From the NCBI GenBank assembly GCA_013239625.1, contig MU053758.1:434001-498000 (forward strand): 64,000 nt of DNA, given 5' to 3'. Origin of the DNA: Lama guanicoe (Eukaryota). Position 1 is the first letter of the stretch, and each line of letters starts with the position of its first letter. The notes under the pieces were generated by a model that ran no database searches, was not told the origin of the DNA, and saw only the letters and a program-made list of their open reading frames with translations. The position numbers and the translations under genes were made by a program. Shown here in pieces: positions 12,001 through 24,000 of this stretch.

Positions 12001-15000
12001 GAGGCCTGCCCTTCCCCCTGACCCCACCGACTTGTGTCTCTTTCCCCAGAACGATATCTGCATGCACCTGACTAATTATTCCATTAATAAGCACAGTTCC
12101 AATTTCCTTCAAGATGCTCACTCTGGCAGCAAGAGGTAAGGACGTGGCTTCACTTCTCTTTTCTTTCCCTGCCAGTCTCAGAGCTGCTCTCTGAGATTCT
12201 CCTCAGACCCATCAGTGTTTCCTTCTTGGGTCACATGGTCTCAGAAAAATTTTCTTTGCCTCTAAATCCAGAACAGACTCCTTAGTCTCTGCCCTCTGGC
12301 CGTTAATCATTAAAAGAAGGCCCACATCATAAACCCTAGGAGGTTGGGAGGAGGAGAGATAAACGTGAATTGTTTCCCCAGCAGGACGGACACACACACA
12401 CACAAACATACTCTTTTTAAAATATTTTATTTTATTTTATTTTATTTTTATTGAGGGGGTGATTGGGTTTTTAAAACTTTATTTATCTTTCATGGATGTA
12501 CTAGAGATTGAACCCAGGCCCTCGTGCATGCTAAGCACACACTCTACCCACTCAGTTATACCCTTCCCCACCACCAATATATACTCTTATTACAGTTGGC
12601 CCTTCTGACATTTCCAGACCAGCAGGTAATCATTGATTGCTGATCTGCCACTGGAGGAGGACCCACCTGTCAGTAGATCCTTGGCCTGTGGTTCCCTGGG
12701 GTGTTGCTCCAGCAGAGATTCTCAAATAATGTGTCACAGTGCCCTGGTGTGACATGACATGTGGCTGGCTGGCTGGAAGAAGGGGGAAAAAATGAGAGGA
12801 ATGCATGAGTCTCTTCCCAAGTGGATCTTATATTCCCTTTATCGGCTATCCTGTCTCATTTGAGTCTCAAGGAAAAGGGGGACTGAAGAATGTGAAAGTG
12901 ACCAGGCCAAAGTGGGAGGGCAAGGAAGGATTTATGGAGGCCTGTGTGTTGGGGCCCATGCTGGCACTTTGTGTGCATTTTTTGTTTTTATTGAATTTTC
13001 ACAACACTGTGGCAGAGACATCGGTAGGCAACTATGAGTTAGATGCCATCTCCATTTTCCAGACAAGGAGACTGGGCCTCTGAGAGGTTAGATAAGTTGC
13101 CAAGGTCACACACTGTGAATGTTAGAGCTGGCTGAGAAGGTAGGTCTGTCAGAGCCCAAGGCGCATGCTCTCTCTCCCGCATCAGACTTCAAAGGATGGA
13201 TAAACAGGCAATCTGTTTGGCTTCAGAGCATCAGAGAAGCACATGAAATTTCACGACTCCCTTGGTGGCAGAGTTCCAAGAAGCAAATGGAAAATCACTA
13301 GGTTAAACCTCCTGGGAGTGGACGTGTTGGGCTGGGAGGTGGTGATCGCGCCTTTTTGGAGGGCGCCGGACACCCGTCTCAACCGCAGCTCGCCCACCCC
13401 CTCTCCTCCCACCCGTGCTGCGGGCGCTGGCGGAGCCTCCTGCACTGCTGCACATGGAGCATCCCTGCTCAGTGCTCATGAGGCCCAGCTTCCGGTCCCA
13501 GCTCTGACTCTCCCCAGCCCAGTAAGCTTGAGCAAGTCCCTTCACCTCTCTCAGCCTCCAGTTCTTGGTCTGTAAGATGAGCGCAATGAGATGCCCTACC
13601 CTGACCACCTCACAGGGTCACTGAGACTCCAGTGGCCTTTGGTTGCAGCGTGGACAGTGGTCACAGTTACTGTGATTTTTCCTTGGTCTAAGGGCATGTA
13701 ATTTAAGGGCCTGCGTTTCCCTCCTCTTGTGAGAACGGACATCCCACCAACAGGCTTTGGGCCCTCAGGCTGTGTTGGTGTTATTCCGTGATGCCAGGAC
13801 TGAGCTGAGCCTGGGGAGTATTGTTCTGCTGCCCTCATTCCCCCTCCCTCCTTCCTCTTTCTTCTCCTAGCCTCTCAGCCAGGCCTGGCCTCGCCATCCC
13901 TGCTCTGTGCTGCCTGCCTGAGCTCCAGGCCCATCTCTCCTCAGCTCTGCCTGGGCGTCTCCCGGTTGCTTCCAGCTCAGCCTTTCCCACTGTCATCTGT
14001 TCTCTCTCCTCACTTCCACCCCAAACGTCCCCCTCTCCGCCTTCTAACCTGCAGGAGGAGAGAGCTTGGTGTCATGTTGGATGGTCCCTTTTCCAGCAAG
14101 TCACTAAATCCTGAAGTTTCCTCCTTCAAATGTCCCTTCATCCCTTCCTTTCCACCAGCCCCGGACCCTGCTTCAGCCTCAGACTGGACAGCGGCATCAG
14201 CCTCCTTGCTTTTCTCCCTTGCTCCAGGCATCTCTGCCTGACCTCTCTGTACCTCCATGTTCTCACCTCGAAAATGACACAGGAAAATGAATACTGGCTG
14301 GCCAGCCTCCCAGATATGCCATCAGGACCTACTGAGATGATATGTATGAATGGGCTTGAAAAACAATCGCCCCCATCCAAGTGGGTGCTTTTATTATTGT
14401 GGATTCTATATACTTAGTACTTCCACTCTCAGCTAACCAGTGTGGTTCCCAGAGCATCAAGTTCAAATTCCTCTGCTCAATCTACTATGCTTTGACCAGA
14501 CCCCATTTCCCACCATTATTGCTGCTACACCAATAGTCAGCATTTTATCTGTTGAGCACTTGCTATCTGCCAGGCACTACTCTGAGAAATTTATATACCT
14601 TAACTCATTTAATCCTTACAATGATGCTATAAAGTAGGCATGATTACAATCATCTTGATTTTGCATATTAGGAAACAGGTGGAAAAGGGTAAGTAACTTG
14701 CCCGAGGTCGCACAACTAGGAAGCGGTAGAGGTGAAATTAACTCCCGAGTCCGTGTCCTTAACCACTAGGTAACGCTGCTGTGCCACTCGCTCCATGGTG
14801 TTCTACCAGGACCCTCTTTTGTTCACATTCGACACCCAGGCCTGGCTCATTCCTGTCTCTCTGCCTTTGCTCAGCTCCAACCAAAAACATGGGGGAACAT
14901 CCTTGAAGGCCCTTCTGTCTCACTAAGCTTCCGTGTTGCCTTCTCTGACCTAGGTTCTGGTCCAGCTACATAACCACTGCAGTGTGGGTGAAATCCATCT

Positions 15001-18000
15001 TCTCTGTGGGCCTGTTTCCTCACCTATCAGATGGGAGGATTGGCTTCCACCTCTCAGGACAAGCCTGTGGAATCTGAGTCTAACCACCCGCAGCAACCTT
15101 TTCATCTCTGGAGTCCCACCACCCTATGGTCACCATGAGCCGTAGCCCATAAGCGCTCTTTGTTTGATGCACCTGTTTGCCTTGTAGTCCTAATCGTACT
15201 TAAGTTGGTGCCCTGGACTTCTGGGTGCTTCCCATGTCACTGGGCAGAGTCCTTCTCTCCCTCCCTTTTGTTTTCACTTTTTCTCGTCTTCCTCTTCCCC
15301 ATCTTTTGAGACAATCTGCTTCTCACACTGACTGCTCACCTACCCCTACATCCCCCCTCCCCAGCTTGAGTCCAACTGCACTCCCAGTAAATCCCCACCA
15401 GGCTGCAAACTTAAGTAGGAGCAGAGAAGAAGACAGAAAAACTAGAAACCTGGCAAGCCTCTGGAGCAGAGACTGGGTCCTCATCATTTTTCAGGGTACC
15501 TGGCACATAGCTGGTGGGTGAAATTGAAGTGGCTCACCTCTGGGCATTATGAAATTATACAATAATGTGTATTCATTGTGATGTGCTTGAGTCATCAAGA
15601 AGTGGTTATGTGATGATTCATAATGTCTGTTGTAAGAAGGCAGAGGCATGTATAATCTATTTTGGGAAAATTTATTTCCCAGTTTGGCAAATTAAACACA
15701 TTTTTTTTTGCATTTAAATGGATTGGCTTCAAGCCATCTGGAAAATTCAGTATGTGCAACACTCCTTTCCCTGACAGGGGTAGGTAGAAAAGGTTTGGCT
15801 CGTGATTGAGTGGCCTGTCTGTTTATCTGTCTTTCTGTGAAAGCATCTTTGGTTGTTTCATATGTGTGCTGACTCCTCAAATGGTCTGTAGGACAAAGGT
15901 ACTGGTTTCTTGGGATCCGCCAGTGCATGAATTTTACACGCACAGCAGGCCCTTAGCAAATGTACACTGGCTCCATTGACTGGGATCCCAGGAGTACTTT
16001 GAACCGCCTGAGTGAGCCATGATTCTGGTCTTCTCATTCTTCTCTTTGCTCTTCATTCCCCTGCATTGCCCATATTTCCTCCTCCAATATTTCCACTTTC
16101 CACTTGGGCTCTCAGTGCATGCGTGTGTGCACGGGAGCAGGTGGCTGTCTGTCCCTGCCATTGCCTCTTGGACCTGTCAGATTTGCCCCGTCTCTGTACT
16201 GCCCAGCCCAGAGCTGACTGGTGTGCATTCCTTCAGATGTTTCCTCACGAACCTCCCCACGTGGGGTAGATATCCTCCGATCGCTGTGACAGGGTGACCA
16301 GCCATCTTGGTTTGCCTGCGACTGAGGGGTTTCCTGGGATATGAGACTTCCAGTTCTAAACTCAGACTGTCTGGTTGGCCTGGGACATGTGGTAACTCTC
16401 TCTGGAAATGCCCTGAGGTTGCCTTTTCCCTACAGGCAGCCCTAAAACAAAATCGCTGTGTCTTTAGCGTCCCCAGGATCCCCTCAGATGGCTGAGGTGG
16501 AAACCAGATATCCATGTTCTTAAAGGCTCCTTATGTGCTTCTGATGAACACCAAAGGCCGAGAAACCATTGCCACCAAAGCAAGATCATGATGTAGGATG
16601 TTGTTTTTTAATTATTTAATTGATTATTTGGGGGGAGAGGTAATTTGGTTTATTTATTTATTTTTAAAGAAGGTAGTGGGGATTGAACCCAGGACCTCCT
16701 GCATGCTAAGCATGCGCTCTACCGCTTGAGCTACACCTTCCCTCTGTTTTTCAGCTTTTGAATTCATCCATCCAGGAGACCCAATCCTTGCCCCAGCCCA
16801 CGGGTGTTTTCTGGGTCACAGTGAAAGTGTATTCCCATATCATGATAACTGCCCACTCCAGGCCTGTGGAGGTTTGAGGCATGTAGCCCTGTGGCTCCTG
16901 CAGGACCCTCCTGAGCTGACACAGCCCTGGGATCACCCTGGCTCCTGGGTGTTCCTCCCCACTGGCTTCAGAGGCTTATCTCCTCCAGAAGTTTCTGGTT
17001 TCCTGCATGCCATGGCCTTAGATGACCAGAGGTCGGCTGCCCTGCCTCATGGCTCATGGTTCCCTTCCAGGAAGCTCTCCACCTTCAACGCGTACATGCA
17101 GAGCCACGGCTACAATGTGGAGCAGATATGGAGGGATATCGAGGACGTCATCGTCAAGACCATCATCTCAGCCCACCCCGTCATCAAGCATAACTACCAC
17201 ACCTGCTTCCCCAGCCACACGCTCAACAGTGCCTGCTTTGAAATCCTGGGCTTCGACATTTTGTTGGATCACAAACTCAAGCCCTGGCTGCTGGAGGTAG
17301 GGAGGTTGGGGCGAGGGGTGAAACTGGCCCCTGTCACTGCGGTCTCGGCCAGTCGGGGCCGTCCCTCCGCCCTCCTGGCTCAGCTAGGTTGGTAATCCAC
17401 TTCAACAGCCATCGCCTGCCGCGGTGTTGCTGCCTGGGGCTTCTCCCTTCGCTGAAAAGTGGCCACCAGAGGGAGGTAGACGGCCGGGAATTCGAGAATT
17501 CCTGGCGCCTTCTGGAGGTCCACCCAGACTCGGAAGCTCTGCTCTCAGGCACAGAGTAATTCTGAAGACAGCTCTATCTTTTATAGCAGGAGTTGTTCTT
17601 CACCAAAACTGGGTGGAGGATGTTCGTGATCAGGTGGGAACTGCAGGTCTGGCTTTCAGGGGCCTGGACCACTCAGTTCCGAGCAGCAACAGAGAGCAGC
17701 CCAGTGTCTGTGGGCACGGGGACGTGAATTTCCTGCCTCCCCCAGACCCGTGGGGTGGTGGGAAGAAGAGGAATAGAAACTTCTGGGTGGCCACCTCTCT
17801 TCCTGATTGGACCATTCAGTACACACACAGGAGCGGGGATGGGGATGGGGCTGAGGTGCACATCTGAGGAGCTCGTGACAGCTGCCAGTGACACAGAGTC
17901 AGCCCTCAGAGCGGAGGACCCGGAATTATAGACCAGAGTCCCGGGGCCCTGCCTTTCCTCCATTCCCAGCCCTTGTTACCCAGTGTGGGTGGGCAGGAGT

Positions 18001-21000
18001 GTATGGCTGTTTGGAGCTCTTACCCAAAGAGTAGAATAAGCCACTGGGAGCAAGCCTTCCGAAACTTCTAGAAATCTTCATATGTCACATAGAGCCTGTG
18101 AACAATACAGACTCTTCTGTGAGCAGGAATGCCTCCCCTCCCTCCTCCAGCCTGTCTCCCCTCCTCCCCCTTTGGGATCCTGAATGCATCGCTCCTTTCC
18201 CCTCCCTCCCTCCCAGCCGGGCCCTTTGGACTGTCTCCTTCCATCTGCTCTCTGGGATGCCCAGTGCATGTGAGGGGGCACACGGACACCAGATGGAGGG
18301 GAAACCAAGGGCAAACCCCCCACCCCGTGCTTCTCAGGAAGATAAGACTGAAATAAAAGCTAGTTAAATTGGAGGGGCTTCTGCTTTCTCCTTTCTTCAC
18401 CGTGGCTCTAGTTCAGACCGTCTCTTCCTCTTCCTTCGCTCATCGTGGTAGCCAGGGCCCCAAGGTGGGCGTGGGTGGCTTCCCGGAGGGGGCATTTTGC
18501 CTCACTCCCTGCTTCCACCCTGGCCGGCCAGCCCCAGCTGCTGTCTTGCCCTCACAGGTCAACCACTCTCCGAGCTTCTCCACTGACTCCTGGTTGGATA
18601 AAGAGGTAAAGGACAGTCTGCTGTATGACACGCTGGTCCTGATCAACCTGAGAAGCTGTGACAAAAAGAAAGTCTTGGAGGAGGAGAGGCAACGGGGGCA
18701 GTTCCTGCAGCAGTGTCGTTCGCGGGAGACCAGGTACAGTAGTGGGTCAGTCCTAACAGAGGATAATCCGATTTGGAAATGAATTTATATTTGCAGGACG
18801 TGGCAGTTGGACAAGTTTTACTGTGAAAATTCCTTGGTTCTTAACAATAGATTTATTTATTGACATAAGTATATGTGATGGATGTGAGCTGATTAATATC
18901 ACATGAAGATTCAGGGATTACCAACACAAAAAGTAAAACCATTCCTTTATCTTTACAAAAAGGAAGATTTGCCCATCTTCCCCATGTCACTGTGTTGGTG
19001 GGAGCCCTGCTCCCAGCTGGGTAGCATTTGCCTTTTAACAGGGGTCTTCCTCCACAGGGCAATTGCCTCTGAAGACTCGGAGCCTGGTCCAGGAGATCCC
19101 TTTGTTGCATTTCAGATCCCACTGCGGCCCCTGCCCCTGAGGAGGGCAGGGGCCGCAGTGATCCTTTGGGATCAAAGTGATCCTTTGAGACTGAGCTTCT
19201 GGAACTGGGGCAGTGACATCTCTGTTTGGATGACACTGTTTCTCAGCGTGTTCTCATGGGCACCGTCTTCCCTGTACAGGGTGTGGAGGTGGTAGGTAGC
19301 ATGGGGTGTTGTATGGTCCTGTTTTTGGAGCTAAGGAGACCAAGACTCCAAAAGGGGAACTGCCTCGTACTGGTCACCTCGCTGGTAAGCAGCGAGTCTG
19401 GACCCAGAGCTCGGTGGATGGGCCACCTGGGGTTCCAGGACACTGTCCATTAAACTCCTGAGAAGGAGACAGCTCAGAAGTGGCCAGGACCCTCCTCTGA
19501 ATCAGTCTCCTCATCGTGACTTGGCCCTGGACGGCTCAGTGGCTCTTGATTTCCTTGCTGTAAAGGGAGCTTAAGGTTTCTCCCTCCCTGACCTCCCCTG
19601 GGGGCTGTGAGGAAGAATGAGATCATCACAGCTCATAAAAGCTCATTAAGCTCATCCAAGAAGCCCTCAAATTTAGCTAAACACTAGCTGCTGTTCTCCA
19701 GAGAAGGGTAACGGGGGCTGTGATTGGAAAGGTGGCGAAAGTCTGCCTCGTCAGGACCAAGGCAAGCGGGAGATGGAGTTTACTTGTAACGAGAGGGAAT
19801 TTGGTGAGCTGTCAGGAAGACGGTTCTAACCAGCTCTTAATGCATTATGACACTGGCTGTCCCGGGAGGGCTAGAATCTCCTTTCAGGGAAACGTTCATG
19901 CATTTGCTTGGGAAATGCTGACTGACCTCTGTTGTGTGCCAGGCCTCTGTCTGGCTCAAGACAACATCCCGCCCGGCCACGTCCTTTCCAAGTTTGGTCC
20001 CAAGAAAACCTAACTGCAGCCCTGTGTTCTGCTTCCCAACAGGATGGAGGAAGTCAAGGGTTTTCAGGCCGTGCGTCTAGAGAAAACTGAGAAGTATGAG
20101 ATGGAAAACTGTGGAGGGTTCCGCCTGATTTATCCCAGCGTGAGCTCACAGAAGTACGAGAAGTTTTTCCAGGACAACAACTCCCTCTTCCAGAACACTG
20201 TCACCTCCAGGGCTCGGGAGGTGTACGCGCGGTAGGAAGGCTCCTGGAGTGAGGGGCCAGGGCTCCGGGGGAAGAGGGGACTGTGCTGGACCTGCTGGGG
20301 AATTGTTAAGTAGATATGTGGATGTTTCTAGAAACTCACCCCTGAAACAGGCACCCCCACCCCACTCCAGAATGTCCAGCCCCTCAGAGCTCCCTCCTGG
20401 ATTCATGTAGGTGTCAAATCTATGGCGTGGAAGGGCCTCATCCCATCCAGTCCAGTCCCCACGTGCCACATCATTTTATGGGAGGGGGGGTCAGAGCAGA
20501 AAAAGGGTCATGTAGCAGATAATGACAGAAGAGGGACTGGAACCCAGATTCCCAGCTCATGTGACTGAGTTATTTCCATCCCATCACTGACCAGAGAGGC
20601 CCAGCATATGAAGGGGTCCACAGGAGCCCCTGACTTAAGCATCCTCCTCAGACCCTGTTCCCAGCACCTGCCAGCTGTGGGATCTGGCCTCCTGGGAAGT
20701 GGGGAGAGAGATGGGGTGTGGCAGAGTGGGGTGGAGGCCCCCACCACACATCTCTCCTTGGTGCTTGTCCCAGACTGGGAACGGTGTGGTGGAGGGAAGA
20801 GTCTCTTCTCTGCCTCCTGCTCTGGGACCCTCAATCATTTGTGCACACTGGACACACTGGGGCAGGGAAGATGGAGCACTCCCCTCCTTTGCCCAGTCTT
20901 GTCCAGCCCTCAAGGAGAGTGTCCGCATTCACAGCCCATCCCTAACCTGCATGACACTCATGTTCCTCAATGGGCAGGCAGCTGATCCAGGAGCTGAGGC

Positions 21001-24000
21001 TAAAACAGGAGAAGAAATCCTTCCAAACGAAGGAGAAGAAGGTAGAGATGCAGGGGGAATCAGCAGGCGAGCAAGGGAGAGGCAAGAGCATGCGGAGCTG
21101 GGGACAGAAACAACGGCAGAAATGCAAGCCCGCCACCACTCACACCTTCAAACAAGTAAACGTGGATGGGAGGGGAGCACGCATGTCCAGCACCCTTCCC
21201 CAGCTGGGGCCAGTCCAGAGTGGAGTGCTGAGGAGACCACTCCTCAGAGCCCAGACACACTGAAGGAATGGGGCCACATGGAGGGCTGGGACGCGGGAGG
21301 GGAGCCCGGAAGTTACAAGGAGCATGGCATCCTTCAGACAACCCCTCCATCCAGGCCAAGAAGACTCTCACTGGCCCATCCTTCTTCCTCCAGTAGGAGT
21401 AAAAGCAGCTGGGAGGCTGAGCACGATCCCCATGTAGGGAGCAGGCTCTGGACCAGCCGTACTCATGGTCCCCAACTCCAGTTTGGGTTGGATGCTCCCC
21501 TCCAGCAGGCCAGGGGCACAGCTGAGAGAGGAAGCCATAGGGAAAACTTCTGGGAGGCGGGACCTCAGAACATGACACGGGTGATGGAACACAGCTGGGT
21601 CCTTCCGGTCCGCTCTCTGCTCAAAGTGGGGACCAGCCCCCAGATGGGGGGCCAGCTGTCCAGTTGTCCTATGATCTGAATCTTTGGAGTCCCCCTTCTC
21701 TGCCTACCTCTCTCTTCCGGCTCCGTGGAAGGATTCGGTTGATTTTTCAGTCTGTCTCCTTTTTCTCAAAGTCTTACTTGAAGGGACAGGATTGGGCCAG
21801 TTTCTTTTCTTTTCTCTTTTCTTTCCTTTTTCTTTTTAAAATAACTTTCTTAGGGTCACAAACCCTTTGAGAATCTGATAATAGCTATAGTATCTCTTGC
21901 CATAAAGTATACAAAGATACAATTTAAAAACTGCAATTTTAAATGGTTTGAAGGCCCCATGAAGCCGTCCAGGAGCCCTCTAGGGGTCCTTGAACCCCCC
22001 GGTTAAGAGATTGAACCCCCCATTGGAGAGATTTTGATTCTGAATGCTTCCCTCTCCTCATCTCCTTTGCACCTTCTCTTGGGTGCAGATGAATCTGGAA
22101 GTGGACAGAGCTGGGTTCCCATGGGCTGTGTGTTTGGTTCCCTCCTTCCTAGTACGTCCAGCCATTGACATTGGTGTTCTGCGCACCTGATTTGCTCTCG
22201 AGTGTTAGAGACGCAAAGAAAAGTGAGCCAGACAGCAGCCTCGACCAAGAGGCCCCCAAGAAGGAGGCTGGCCCTGCTCCTGCTAGGCCTTACAGCTCAG
22301 TACCTGCCTTGAGGAATTCAAGCCTTCTTGACTGCTCCAGGCCAGAGCTCAATAAAGCCACCTCCGGAATCAAGGAAGCCAAGTCGGCCTCTGCGGTGGA
22401 CACAATCGCCAGCCCTGTGGTGAGTGGAGCAGCCTGCCTCCCCTGAGGACCGAGCTTGGGAGGCAGCAGTAGGAGTCTTCTTTCTGGTCGCTTCTCTGCC
22501 CCTGACCTGCTGTGGGCCTTTGAATAAGCGCTTAACCTCTCTGGGCCTCAATTTTGCCACTTGTGGAGCCCAAGTTGTGGAATGGCATACCTGTAAATTA
22601 CCATAAACTTGGTGGCTTAAAATACAAATTTATTCTTTCACAGTTCTGGAGGCTAGAGGTGGGCAGGGCTACGCTCCATAAGACGTCTCTCTAGAAAGGA
22701 TCTTTCTTTGCTTCTTGCTAGACTCCAGTGGGTGCTGGCAGTCCTTGGCATCCCTTGGCTTGTGGCAGCGTGACTCCAATCTCTGCCTCTGTCAGCACAT
22801 GGACTTCTTCCTTGTGCTTCTCCTCTGTGTGTCTTCACACGGCTTTATAAGGACACCAGTCATTGGATTTAGTGCTCACCCTAAACCGATGTGAGCATAT
22901 TTTGTCTGGAGATCTACAAAGATCCTATTTCCAAATAAGGTCACATTCTGAGGTTGTGGGTGTACATGAATTGTAGGTTGGGGGGCATTGCTGAACCCAG
23001 TACATCACCTAATCTGTGTTTCTCAAATTCCATTGACATATGGACACCTTTTTAAAAAATCTATTTTTTTATTGAAGTATAGTCAATTTACAATGTTGTA
23101 TTAATTTCTGGTGCACAGCGTAGTGATTCATTTATACATACATATATTCCTTTTCATATTCTTTCTCATTATAGGCCATTACAAGGTATTGAATATAGTT
23201 CCCTGTGCTATGTAGTAGGACCTTGTTGTTTAACGGACACCTTTTGAAGGAAAGGAAATCTTTCAAATTCCAATTGTAGACTTACATTATTTTTATAAAT
23301 ATTTACAAGCATAAAACCAGATATGAAATCTTTATACCTATAGCTCTTATGGAACTATAAAACAAAAGCAAATAAATAGCACCAATAAAATTTGCACAAA
23401 AATTTTAATTTGACAGTTGATTTTCTGTTTTTGTAGAAATGAAATTGCCACGTGAACGTGGTACTGACAGCACAGATTTTTTTGTATTCATCATACTTAG
23501 GCCCTCCTAAGTATGAACTATGTGATAATTCTATTGTAATTACTGGGAAAACTTCTGCATTGTCAGGCCTTTGCTTATTCCAAGTACAGAATAAAGTAGT
23601 GCAATGTTTTCCAAATTTCTAACCTCAGACCATAGTAGAAATCCATTTTATTTCACTGTCCATCACATACACACACAACAGGAAAAAAGTTTCTAAAACA
23701 ATGCTTAGACATGCTACAGATAGTGACTCATTCTATTCTTTTAAAAATACCAGTTACAAACCACTGAATTAATTTCTTGACCTACTAGTAGGTTTGCAAC
23801 CTGTAGTTTGATAAACACCTTTAAGCGTGTTTGCTTCATCACATTTGGATTTGGCAATGGATTTTTTTGGATAGGACACCAAAAGCACAGGCAACAAATG
23901 CAAAAATGGACAAGTGGGACTACATCCAACTGAAACAATCGACAAAATGAAAAGGCAACCTGTGGAATGAGAGAAAATATTTGCAAACCATATATCTGAT

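Noticed and set aside
20699..21679. 326-aa ORF overlapping TTLL6 exon 12 in another frame
   Set aside because: GC-rich sequence, non-ATG start, no recognisable homology; the true exon uses a different frame.
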